64,000 nt of DNA from NCBI GenBank assembly GCA_030390025.1, contig JASTWF010000035.1:496001-560000 (forward strand), in the 5' to 3' direction. The position numbers were made by a program, and so were the translations under genes. This document shows positions 10,901 through 21,600 of the stretch, piece by piece. This stretch comes from Squalus acanthias. Its lineage: Eukaryota. The first letter of the stretch is position 1; every line of letters begins with the position of its first letter. The notes beneath the pieces are model-generated. The model saw only the letters and a program-made list of their open reading frames with translations. It made no database searches and was not told where the DNA came from.

Positions 10901-12418
10901 GGTACAGCAAAAATCTTGGTCCGGGAAGTGTTCTCGCGGTGGGGACTCCCCCGTTTCGTGGAGTCAGACCAAGGGAGTCATTTCACCGGCCAGGTGATGC
11001 AGAACACCCTCATGCTTTTGGGCATTGAAGGGAAGTGGCACGTAGCACACAATCCCCAGTCATCCGGGATTGTTGAACGTATGAACCGGACCCTGAAGGA
11101 GAAATTGAGGAAAGAGACTAGGAACTCGCCCCAAAAATGGGCGGAAGTTCTGCCTTTAGTCCTCATGGGGGTCCGGGCCAGTCAGTCAAAAAGTACGGGG
11201 TACTCCCCGCACGAGGTAATGACCGGCAGGCTCATGCGAACCCCCACCCATGTGCTAGCCCCGGTGCTCACTGAGGGTCAGCTTCAAGAGATCAGCAGGG
11301 ACAAGTTCGCCCAAACTCTCTTGGAGCGCCTGAAGCAAGTTTATGAGCAGGCGGCTGGGAACATGGGAAGGCAGCACCAGGGCAATCGCTTGTTGCTGGA
11401 ACCCCGCAAAACGCGGGAGTGGGAAGTAGGAGACCAGGTCATGGTCAGAAACTACGCCAGAGTAGGGAGTCTGGAACCACTGTATATGGGACCCTACAAC
11501 ATTGTAGACAAGGCGAGTCCCATGGTTTACGCCGTAAAAGTACCTCGGCGCACTAAGTGGTTCCACATAAACCAATGTAAACTGTACCAGCCGGGTGCGC
11601 AAGGGAAAACTACAGGGGTAAATCCCGCCAATGGGAAAACACAGCCCCAGGTAGGACCACAAGGCACACAGGCAGGCGTAGCAGCTTGCATCAGGGGAAG
11701 GGACATCCCGGACGATCATGCAGCGTTTTTCTGGAGTTGGGGGTTAGATGACGAGGACCCCAGGGTACCCTGGTCAGATGAGGATAGTGCAGATGAGCAT
11801 AGTGATGATGACGGGTGGTTTCAGAGGAACGGTCTGGGAGGATTGGGGCCGCTAGGTAGAGATCCATACGGGGTGGACACACAAGCTGCAGGTCCCAACA
11901 GCAGGAGGAAGGAGCTAGAGGAGGCCGGGCCAGCCGCTATGTGGTTCCCAGAGGTGTGGCCGCCCGCTTTGAACGTCCAGTCCTCAGGGGAGGCAGAGTT
12001 CGCGAGTGAAGGGCCGCCTGCTGGGCCGAGCAGGGCGGGGCCCCGAACTGCCAGCCCCGAGGTTAGGGAGGCGGAGTCAGCGGAGGCGGAGCCGGCGACT
12101 GTGATGGAACCCCAGGTCGTCCCGTTGGAGGTCTCGGAACCCGGTCCGTCCGTCACGGAACCCCCGCCCATAGCAATTCCCCGTAGGTCAAGCAGAGTAC
12201 CCCAGCCCAGGAAGATGTGGTCAGGTCCACAGGCTGCCCCAGGGCGTAAGTTTCAGGTTAAGATAACCCGGGTAGAGACAGGCCACATCGAAGCAGTAAC
12301 AGGCTGCGGCAGATCAGAGGAAAGGGTCAGCGCAGCAACAGGCTGCGGCAGATCAGAGGGAAGGGTCAGTGCCCTCCCACCGTCGGGAAGAGCTCGCAGC
12401 AGCCTTCTCAGGATTTAA
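7916..12418 (+). CDS. pol: pol (1500 aa, in frame with gag after TGA): protease, RT, degenerate RNase H/tether, RNase H, integrase, long C-terminal extension
   Basis: LLDTGAS; LPQGF..SP and YVDD; YVDGSS / SAQQAEL / SDS / KVKAH / GNRQADALA; HHCC; IDYIG / SDQG / VERMN; GPY motif; no stop or frameshift. Confidence 0.97.
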   Translation, partial: LEPAQPVYLCPLSYDAWRRPVVEMEVEKQKGSYLLDTGASCTIIHTDDPFDSPLSTKVPFTLAGFTGKEQAGTFSLPLSIRLGTLRLKWKCILMAWQKGGGRGILGSDLLAGHGILVDLRNHCLWGAKGEKGEVMVIQGEEETGVLCTVQPSGGYDLRLMVADVPTDMQTYVTDNMHAFATHKHDCGRVVGFEVSVDGDPMTRPQKQYNFPKEAEPDMEAAMSSLVQQGVLRPIATHVNSPLWPVRKPDNLWRATVDYRVLNSNIPACAPTVAAVADLIGSIPASATTFTVLDISNGFWSIPLRREDQYKFAFTFKGQQYTWNCLPQGFHNSPSIFHQCMAGSLKEFSQPNQIVQYVDDLLLFTDSREEHGPLLDELLELLARKGFKVNPKKARIGQQEVKFLGLTLRAGERAIDKARRESVQELPIPNNVRGVRSFLGLTGYCRDFIEDYAATAAPLLRLLHKGVEWLWDEGCQAAFEKLKRDLQTAPALGAIDGGKEFFLEVAASGDSLSAVLLQERHGKLRPVVYSSRVLTDVERSFSNCERHLLATHWAVKRSAIFTGLSPITLLTHHTPTKMLLDGRIKDGTVSSARIARWTLLLSQLDIRVKGLCEPRLAANLVYPGTAHRCSVEGVWDVNIGLRAGIHPNGREIYVDGSSTVSAGERLTGCGVYDPAADLALAIKLPSTMSAQQAELSAVVYVVTHPDIFPTPYTICSDSMFTCNSCTEYLAIWSRRGYTSADGRPLTVKPLLEKILAAAVGEEGEIFIHKVKAHSSTEPRGEGNRQADALAREGARDGTFWNPYRTGPIAAVRGGDGNTGNTRVALPLDLKTVQAQDPALKAVLKTIAEGRQVEGPYSTATLSVKEGMLFREEQWVVPQQHRREFLQLAHEGPGAGHPGPEVTWQRVEQAGWWPGLREQVREFCANCLVCAANNPDPQKRKVPMGHVRRVEGPWQSIQIDYIGPLPTTQGGYKYCLVLVDVFSKWVEAFPCRTATALGTAKILVREVFSRWGLPRFVESDQGSHFTGQVMQNTLMLLGIEGKWHVAHNPQSSGIVERMNRTLKEKLRKETRNSPQKWAEVLPLVLMGVRASQSKSTGYSPHEVMTGRLMRTPTHVLAPVLTEGQLQEISRDKFAQTLLERLKQVYEQAAGNMGRQHQGNRLLLEPRKTREWEVGDQVMVRNYARVGSLEPLYMGPYNIVDKASPMVYAVKVPRRTKWFHINQCKLYQPGAQGKTTGVNPANGKTQPQVGPQGTQAGVAACIRGRDIPDDHAAFFWSWGLDDEDPRVPWSDEDSADEHSDDDGWFQRNGLGGLGPLGRDPYGVDTQAAGPNSRRKELEEAGPAAMWFPEVWPPALNVQSSGEAEFASEGPPAGPSRAGPRTASPEVREAESAEAEPATVMEPQVVPLEVSEPGPSVTEPPPIAIPRRSSRVPQPRKMWSGPQAAPGRKFQVKITRVETGHIEAVTGCGRSEERVSAATGCGRSEGRVSALPPSGRARSSLLRI

Positions 12419-12702
12419 AGGGGCCGCCCTGAGAACGGGCGGCATTGTAAAGTTATTAGTTTAAGGTTTTAAGTTTTAGTTTAAAGTTTTAAGTAGTTTT
12501 AATAAGGTCAAGTTTGTAGTGTTTTTAACAGATAACGACAAAATGATGGGAGTTTTAAGGCTAGGTTTAGAGGAAGTCTATTTAGCAAACGTTGAAGTTT
12601 ACGTGAGGCGAGGTCAGGGGACCCGCTCACCCTTCACAAAAGCCAGAGACTTTTTGCGAGGCTGGCTACCTCATTCTATCTGATCACAGGAACCAAGGAA
12701 GG

Positions 12703-15700
12703 ATGGAACGACTTCTAGTTTTGCTCGTGGCAATCGGATGTGGATTGGCCTATCGGGGCCTCACCAAGGGTGTCGTGGTGTTTGGATGTTCCGGGGACAC
12801 GGCCCCCATCGCGGTGGATGGGACCGGGAGACGGAAGGCAGAAGGGACCAGCACCTATTTCCACAAGGGAAGGTGGCCAGGATGGCTGGGAACGAACTCA
12901 ACGGAGTATTGCAGCACATCGGGGTTCGCCTACAAAGAGACTTCTTTAATGTGCCCCAAAGTACGGATCATCGCACCCAGGATCAGCGTCACCGTCGGCA
13001 AACGGATTTGTTTGACCTGCAGTGGGAATGTCCCATTGAGCCGATGGTGGTGGCTGCGAAAGCTGAGCAAAACTATGAGGAACTCTTCGGTTGAGTGGGA
13101 GCGACTGGGTAATAATACCCATCGGACAATTACGGGGACAGATGGACAAGTGAAAGTCTGTTGGGACAAATGGTGGGAACCGGATGAGGGGATTTATGTT
13201 TGTATGTGGGGGTCAAAGTACGTTTGCCCCAAAGGCATCTCCATATTCTTTATTAACCAGTGGCAGGATAACGGACAGGGGATGAGGTGGGATGCGAGCA
13301 CCAGGGGGTGCGGAGCCCCATACTCTCCGATCCCAGTAAATGCCACTGAGCTCATTACGCGCCCACGCAAAGCCCCGCCCACGATTCCGGTAGTTCTAAC
13401 TGAGGAAGAAGGGTGCCCTAAAACTAGTAAGGGACCCGGGAACGGTTTGGTACTGGTCCCCACAGACCAGATACTATTTCAGGGGGTACATTACGCGGTG
13501 GCCTCGGTGATTTTAAATCTCACTGAGGTACGGTTACCAGAGTGGTGCCCCAAAAAGACGGAACAGTTGTACCAGGTCCTGTTGACCAAGATGTTCAGGC
13601 AATTTTACGAGTTTGATTTTGCAGAAATTGATAAGACAAGTTTATACACCGCACCGCAGGAAGTTTTGGACCAAGTAGGGAGGCAAAGAAGGGGTTTGGT
13701 GAACGATGCGTTCACTGCTTTTAACACAGGGACATCTGTGGTCAACGCTCTAGACAGTGTGGAGCTGCAGACCCAGATTAATGGTTTAAAAACACAGTTA
13801 AAGGATATTCTTACAGATGAGAATAAAGTGGTAGGGTCGGGTCTGCACGAGGACCAAGCCATGACACTACACTTAAAAGAGATCATAGCAGAGCTGGAGA
13901 AACATGCGCGTACGGTAAATGCCCTGATTAGGGAAGATCGGAATGCATCCGATCAAGCTGCGCAGAACGAGGTGTGCGTGCTTTACGGGGCGTGGTTACT
14001 GGGCGAGGGCCGCAGTAATTTGGAGGTAAGGTCCCGGCAGACTGGAAAACTGCTAATGTAACACCCTTATTTAAAAAGGGCAGTAGACAGAAGGCTGGTA
14101 ACTATAGACCGGTTAGCCTAACATCTGTGGTAGGTAAAATTTTGGAGTCCATTATTAAGGAAACAGTAACAGGACATTTGGATAATCATAATTTAATAGG
14201 ACAAAGTCAGCATGGTTTTACGAAGGGGAAGTCATGTTTGACAAATTTGCTGGAGTTCTTTGAGGAAGTAACATATAGAGTGGATAAAGGGGAACCAGTG
14301 GACGTAGTGTATTTAGACTTCCAAAAGGCATTTGACAAGGTGCCACACAAAAGATTATTGCTTAAGGTAAAAAATCACGGGATTGGGGGTAATATTCTGG
14401 CATGGATAGAGGATTGGCTATCTAACAGAAAGCAAAGAGTTGGGATAAATGGTTCATTCTCAGACTGGCAATCAGTAACTAGTGGTGTTCCACAGGGGTC
14501 AGTGCTGGGTCCCCAACTCTTCACAATCTATATTAACGATTTGGAGGAAGGGACCAAGTGTAACATATCAAAATTTGCAGATGATACAAAGATGGGAGGG
14601 AAAGTAGTGAGTGAGGAGGACATAAAAAACCTGCAAGGGGACATAGACAGGCTAAGTAAGTGGGCAGAGATTTGGCAGATGGAATACAACACTGGAAAGT
14701 GTGAGGTGATGCACTTTGGCAGGAAAAATCCTAGAGCAATTTATTATCTTAATGGCAAGAAACTGGAGAGTACTGAAGTGCAAAGGGATCTGGGGGTCCT
14801 GGTGCACGAAACTCAAAAGGTTAGTATGCAGGTGCAGCAAGTGATTAAGAAGGCAAATGGAATGTTGGCTTTCATTGCTAGGGGGATAGAATATAAAAAT
14901 AGGGAGGTATTGCTTCAGTTGTACAAGGTATTGGTGAGACCGCACCTGGAATACTGCATACAGTTTTGGTGTCCTTACTTAAGGAAAGACATCCTTGCTC
15001 TCGAGGCAGTGCAAAAAAGGTTCACTCGGTTAATCCCGGGGATGAGGGGGCGGTCATATGAGGAGAGGTTGGGTAGATTGGGACTCTACTCATTGGAGTT
15101 CAGAAGAATGAGAGGCGATCTTATTGAAACATATAAGATTGTGAAGGGGTTGGATCGGGTGGATGCGGGGAGGATGTTCCCGATGACGGGTGAGACGAGA
15201 ACTAGGGGACATAGTCTTAGAATAAGGGGCTGCTCTTTCAAAACTGAGATGAGGAGGAACTACTTCACTCAGAGGGTGGTAGGTCCATGGAATATGCTGC
15301 CACAAAAAGCTGTAGAAGCTACAACATTAATTAAATTTAAAACAGAAATAGACAGTTTCCTAGAAGTAAAGGGCATTAAGGGTTACGGGGAGCGGGCAGG
15401 AATTTGGACATGAGTCTAGGTTCGGATCGGTCATGGCCCTGTGGTTAGTGGAGCGGGCCCAGGGACTGTGTAGCCTGATTCTGCTCCTATTTCGTGTGTG
15501 CAATTCTGTTAGATGCAGGAGACGGTTCTGTGATAGATTGTAGATTGGCGGTTAGGATCAGATCAGCCATGATCTTATTGAATGGCGGAGCAGGCTCGAG
15601 GGGCCGATTGGCCTACTCCTGCTCCTATTTCTTATGTTCTTATGTTCTTATTTAAAACAAGGTTTGGTCCCGTCCTGGATAAGTAACAAACACCTGCGGG

Positions 15701-16677
15701 CGCTCCACCCTTTTCAGAACGCATTAAGTCCGTGCCAGCTCAGGCTAGCTTCAGAAGCTTACCCAGTCCCCGTGGACTGCGGACGTTCAAACCATACTAT
15801 TATGGGAATAGTATTACGCATGCCGGTTTTGGGCGACACAGCAAAGCCCGCCCCGGTGTATCGGGTAGAGAACATTGGTGTCATTCAGGGGGGAGCCCAC
15901 ATTCGTTATGCAGCGGTTCCACCTTACGTCATCCGCTGGGAGCAAACGATGACAGGTACAGATCTCTCTGGTTGTCGTGGCAGGGGAGCACACATAATAC
16001 TGTGCCCCCAGCACTTGAATGCCTTTTTAACACCACAGTGCGGGTTCAGAACGGCTGGCGCCAAGTCCATGAATTGCACCATGGAGGCAATGGCACAAGA
16101 TCATGTGCCTCCGCAGGTAGCATACATCGGGGGTGGAACATACTGTGTTACCACTGCAGCGCAACACTACCAGCATGGAAACCGTAGCCGGTGTCCGGTG
16201 AGTGACAGCAGTTTCTGTTTTAAACCCAGGGCTGAAGTTCAAGTAGCACAACAGCGAATTATCCCAATCCCTGAACCATCCACTGTTCATCTCACAGTAA
16301 AAGAGAATTTTACCGACTTGCAGCGATTTGTCGCACATTTTGGGTACCTCATTCCCCCTCTCCCCGAGCATTTAACCAAACTTCTGAAAGCCGTCGCGGT
16401 GTCACAAAAGCATTTCTATACATTAGAACAGAAAACCGTCGAGATAGGAACAGACATTTTGGACATAGTGGTTCCACCGTGGTGGAATCTGTTCACGAAT
16501 ATTGAAGTGCCCTCATGGGTCAGAATAGCCTCCCACATTTTAGTCGTCTGTCAAGTGTTTATTGTAGTATACCTTTTGTTCATACATTGTAAAAGAGACA
16601 AGCGCCTCACCAAGCATGAGAACACGGGAGAGTGGCGAGAACGTTACGTGCGCGTGCACGATGAGAGCGCAGTGTAA
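12703..16677 (+). pseudogene. env: env of provirus A, interrupted by a CR1 insertion after codon 441
   Basis: 12703-14026 plus 15650-16677 reconstitute a 783-aa protein with 5 aa differences from the intact env at 29055-31406. Confidence 0.95.
14027..15649 (+). mobile_element. 5'-truncated CR1 LINE (1623 bp) inside env; ORF2 RT fragment open 14028-15413
   Basis: NYRPVSLTS, QHGF, VYLDFQKAFDKVPH, GVPQGSVLGP, FADD, TRGH; 3' tail (TTCTTATG)n; boundaries set by the empty site GGAGG|ATTTAAAAC in copy B; no TSD, only microhomology. Confidence 0.96.
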
Positions 16678-17092
16678 TGGGAAAATGGCGTCACTCCCAC
16701 TCGCCACGTGCGCCGCGGAAGTTTGTACTCATTGTAAATACGTTGGAAACTCGACATGTTTAAGAGTCGGGATTTGTTTATTTTGGTGATGGTGTTGATT
16801 GTTTGGTTTTTGGGTTTTGTTTTTCCTTCCCTTGAATAAAAGACAAATATACAGGTGATGCGTGAGGTATCGGCCTGGTTACGCCGGGAAGGAAAACAAG
16901 TGGTGTAAGTTTAAGGGCAAATGATGCCTACGGTGATATAAAATGTGATTTTTCTTGGGAAATGAGGACGACACAGAGACCCTAGTGAAGTTAAAATTTA
17001 TGGGATTAATTTACTGGATTCGGAGTGAAATCGAGATAAGATTGCTCACCACTGAGATTTTTGATACGATAAGCGGAGTTATTCGCATCAAC

Positions 17093-17100
17093 AGGAGGGA
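17093..17100 (+). other. Short polypurine tract AGGAGGGA, 1 nt before the 3' LTR
   Basis: Position next to TGTAG; identical at 31821-31828 in copy B. Confidence 0.8.
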
Positions 17101-17101
17101 C

Positions 17102-18697
17102 TGTAGAATTCGCAATTATCGCGATTTCATTTTAATAAGGAGAAAACACAAAGTTTCGTTCAAAACAGCTTTTATTTCAGCAGAATGCTGTCAGGTTTAA
17201 ATTGGACACAAGCAGCCTGTAAAATGGCCGCCGCACCGCGTGACAGAACATTCTAGACTTTTCAGCAGGCAGACAAGATGGCGTTCCAATAAACATTCTT
17301 GCAAGATCGATAACGATTCAGCACAGTGAAGACAATACACAGGACATTATGGGTTTACAGTATAAACATCGATACTGGAATCGGTCTCCCAGGTACAAAG
17401 GAAAGCCATCAAGGGCCCATCCAAAGGACATTAATATGTAAACTCCCAACAGCTCTACGATGAGAGAGCCGTTAGCAGGTAGTTATACAGGACACTTGGA
17501 AGCCCCAAACCCCTCCAGGGGGAACACCGACCGATTTAACAATGGGAGAAATATTAACAGGTACTCAAACATTCAGGAGTAGCCCCGAAACCCATTAAGG
17601 ACAGAGATCACCCATACAGGACATTTTGGGCGCCAAACCTTAAACAAAAGAATGGACATTATAGTTGGGCGGGAAACGGAAGAACTGTGCACTATAATTG
17701 CAGGCCCCAAACCGTCCATTCGCGCTCTGGCCTCTTGCTCTTGCTCTTGCCTCGTGTTCTTGACTCTTGCCGCTTGTTGCTGTTATCATCGTGGCTGCTC
17801 CTGTGTAAAAGACTGTTGCAAAGACCTATGTTGGTAGCTGGCAGCGGAACCGAAGGCCCGGGATGAGATGAGATGAGATGAGATGAGAGGAGAAGAGAAG
17901 AAGACCTTATCCATCGCCACGGTCAGTAGATCCCGACCGCGCCTGTAGGTCGATCAGCCAAGTCTTCTCGACAGGAAGTTTTCTTCTTTAACAAGACATA
18001 TTGCATCGACGATAACTGGACTGTGCAAACACATCGTATCAGCGATATTGACAACGGTGCTCCACCATACCTTGTATCCAACCAACAGAGGTCTTCACTA
18101 CAGCGGACGGTCCAGCCGACTGACCGAGCAGCAGAAGCAGTAAACAAGTGGGACCAGGAGATCTCCTGACCAACACGTGGGTGCTGCGGTGAAAAACATC
18201 CGATCAGCTATTCGGGATTTCTCCGAGTTATTACGAGTGGTGAGCATGAGTCTCGGGATCCTACGAAGCTAGTTTAGGATAGACATTGATAGGGGAGGGT
18301 TTAAAGATTAAGGATATTTGTAATGTGTGCCCTATTTACGTTGTGCTGGTCGTTCCTCGTTTCCCTAAGAGTGATTATAACTGTTTGTAAGATTGTACTG
18401 TCATTAATCTGTGCATATGACATGTATTTCATAATTTTAAGTATCATGCAATAAAGATTTTCCATTTCGTACCGTTCAAACCAAGTCTACATGAGTTTTA
18501 TCTCCATTACTGCTCTCGCATCTAAGTCCAGTGTCTAGAACCGTAAGGGAGAGTGATTCGAACCACTCACAGGGGTGTCTAGTGTTCCCAGACTGGCTGG
18601 AGACCAGGCCTAGACCCGCACTGACATACAGGCTGCACAGAGCCGCGTGAATCTCACAGGCTACGAGACACGCAGGGTCAGGAGAGAATCCCTTACA
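17102..18697 (+). repeat. 3' LTR of provirus A (1596 bp)
   Basis: Direct repeat of 4490-6099, followed by TSD CCCT. Confidence 0.97.
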
Positions 18698-21600
18698 CCC
18701 TTCACTGTACTCCTTTCCCTTCACTGTACTCCTTTCCCTTCGCTGTACTCCTCTCCGCTCCCTGTACACCTCTCCGCTCTCTGTACACCTCTCGCTTCAC
18801 TGTACACCTCTCTCTTCACTGTTCTCCTCTCCCTTCACTGTACTCCTATCCCTTCACTGTACTCCTCTCCGCCCCCTGTACACCTCTCCGGTCCCTGTAC
18901 ACCTCTCCGCTCCCTGTACACCTCTCGCTTCACTGTACACCTCTCTCTTCACTGTACTCCTCTCCCTTCACTGCATACCTCTCCCTTCACTGTACTGCAC
19001 TCCCTTCACTGTACTCCTCTCCCTTCGCTGTACACGTCAACCTACGTTGTACACCTCTCCCTTCGCTGTACACCTCTCCCTTCACTGTACACCTCTCCCT
19101 TCGCTGTACACCTCTCCCTTCACTGTACTCCTCTCCCTTCACTGGACACCTCTCCCTTCACTGTACTCCTCTCTCTTCACTGCACTACTCTCCCTTCACT
19201 GGACTCCTCTCCCTTCACTGTACACCTCTCCCTTCACTGTATGCCTCTCCCTTCACTTTACACCTCTCCCATCATTGTACACCTCTCCCTTCACTGTACT
19301 CCGCTCCCTTCACTGTACACCTCTCCCTTCACTGTACACCTCTCCCTTCACTGTAAACCTCTCCCTTCACTGTACACCTCTCCCTTCACTGTACACCTCT
19401 CCCTTCACTGTACTCCTCTCCCTTCACTGTACTCCTATCCCTTCACTGTACTCCTCTCCGCTCCCTGTACACCTCTCCGCTCCCTGTACACCTCTCCGCT
19501 CTCTGTACACCTCTCGCTTCACTGTACACCTCTCTCTTCACTGTACTCCTCTCCATTCACTTTACTCCTATCCATTCACTGTACTCCTCTCCACCCCCTG
19601 TACACCTCTCCGCTCACTGTACACCTCTCCGCTCCCTTTACACCTCTCGCTTCACTGTACACCTCTCCCTTCACCGTACTCCTCTCCCTTGACTGTATAC
19701 CTCTCCCTTCACTGTACTGCTCTCACTTCACTGTACACCTCTCCCTTCGCTGTACTCCTCTCCCTTCACTGTAATCCTCTCCCTTCACTGTATACCTATC
19801 CCTTCACTGTACTCTTCTCACTTAACTGTACTCCTCTCCCTTCGCTGTACACGTCAACCTACGCTGTACACCTCTCCCTACGATGTACACCTCTCCCTTC
19901 GCTGTACACCTCTCCCTTCACCGTACTCCTCTCCCTTCACTGTAGACCTCTCCCTTCACTGTACACCTCTCCCTTCACTGTACTCCTCTCCCTTCACTGT
20001 ACACCTCTCCCTTCACTGTACACCTCACCCTTCACTGTACTCAACTCCCTTCAATGTACACCTCTCCCTTCACTGTACTCCTCTCCCTTCACTGTACACC
20101 TCTCCCTTCACTGTACACCTCTCCTTTCACTGTACTCCTCTCCCTTCACTGTACACCTCTCCCTTCACTGTACACCTCACCCTTCACTGTAATCAACTCC
20201 CTTCAAAGTACACCTCTCCCTTCACTGTACACCTCTCCCTTCACTGTACTCGGCTCCCTTCACTGTACACCTATCCCTTCGCTGTACTCCTCTCCCTTCA
20301 CTGAAATCCTCTCCATTCACGGTATACCTCTCCCTTCACTGTACACCTCTCCCTTCATGGTACACCTCACCTTTCACTGTACACCTCTCCCTTCACTGTA
20401 CACCTGTCCCTTCACTGTACTCCTCTCCCTTCACTGTACACCTTTCACTTCACTGTACTCCTCTCCCTTCACTGTACACCTCTCCCTTCACTGTACTCAT
20501 CTCCCTTCACTGTACACCTCTCCCTTCACTGTACACCTTTCCCTTCACTGTACTCCTCTCCCTTCACTGTACACCTCTCCCTTCACTGTACGCCTCTCCC
20601 TTCACTTTACACATCTCTCTTCACTGTACACTTCTCCCTTCACTGTACACCTCTCCCTTCACTGTACACCTCTCCCTTCACAATACTCCTCTCCCTTCAC
20701 TGTACTCCTCTCCCTTCACTGTTCACCTCTCCCTTCACTGTACACCTCTCCCTTCACTGTACACCTCTCCCTTCACTGTACTCCTCTCCTTTCACTCTAC
20801 TCCTATCCCTTCACTGTACTCCTCTCCGTTCCCTGTACACCTCTCCGCTCCCTGTACACCTCTCCGCTCTCTGTGCACCTCTCCCTTCACTGTATACCTC
20901 TCTCTTCACTGTAATCCTCTCCGCCCCCTGTACACCTCTCCGCTCCCTGTACACCTCTCTGCTCCCTGTACACCTCTCGCTTCGCTGTACACCTCTCTCT
21001 TCACTGTACTCCTCTCCCTTGACTGTACACCTCTCCCTTCACTGTACTCCTCTCCCTTCACTGTACTCCTCTCCCTTCACTGTACACCTCTCCCTTCGCT
21101 TTACACGTCAACCTACGCTGTACACCTCTCCCTTCGCTGTACATCTCTCCCTTCACTGTACTCCTCTCCCTTCACTGTACACCTCTCCCTTCACTGCACA
21201 CCTCTCCCTTCACTGTACTCCTCTCCCTTCACTGTACACCTCTCCCTTCACTGTACACCTCACCCTTCACTCTACTTCTCTCCCTTCACTGTACACCTCT
21301 CCCTTCACTGTATACCTCTCCCTTCACTGTACTCTTCTCCCTTCACTGTACACCTCTCCCTTCGCTTTACACGTCAACCTACGCTGTACACCTCTCCCTT
21401 CGCTGTACACCTCTCCCTTCACTGTACTCCTCTCCCTTCACTGTACACCTCTCCCTTCACTGCACACCTCTCCCTTCACTGTACTCCTCTCCCTTCACTG
21501 GACTCCTCTCCCTTCACTGTACTCCTATCCCTTCGCTGTACACCTCTCCCTTCACTGTACACCTCTCCCTTCACTGCACACCTCTCCCTTCACTGTACAC

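Larger units (their letters stand above)
4490..18697 (+). mobile_element. Provirus A: full-length endogenous retrovirus, LTR-PBS-gag-pol-env-PPT-LTR, lokiretrovirus-like
   Basis: TG...CA direct repeats 4490-6099 and 17102-18697; 4-bp TSD CCCT at 4486-4489 and 18698-18701; PBS, PPT and gag/pol/env motifs. Lineage assignment is inferred. Confidence 0.97.

Noticed and set aside
14127..15413. Second RT as a viral gene
   Set aside because: It is a CR1 ORF2 fragment with a CR1 tail and is absent from provirus B.
8243..16371. Short antisense and alternate-frame ORFs over pol and env
   Set aside because: No motifs; their presence in both copies follows from high nucleotide identity.
16955..17200. 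81-83 aa ORF crossing the PPT into the 3' LTR (nef/sag-like position)
   Set aside because: Non-ATG start, no motif, and LTR-side indels change the sequence between copies.
17652..17837. Cys-rich 61-aa toxin/metallothionein-like ORF in the A 3' LTR, and the 80-aa signal-peptide-like ORF at 53619-53861
   Set aside because: Frame is not kept among the five LTRs because of indels in a CT-rich tract; the first spans the putative TATA box and the second starts at TTG.
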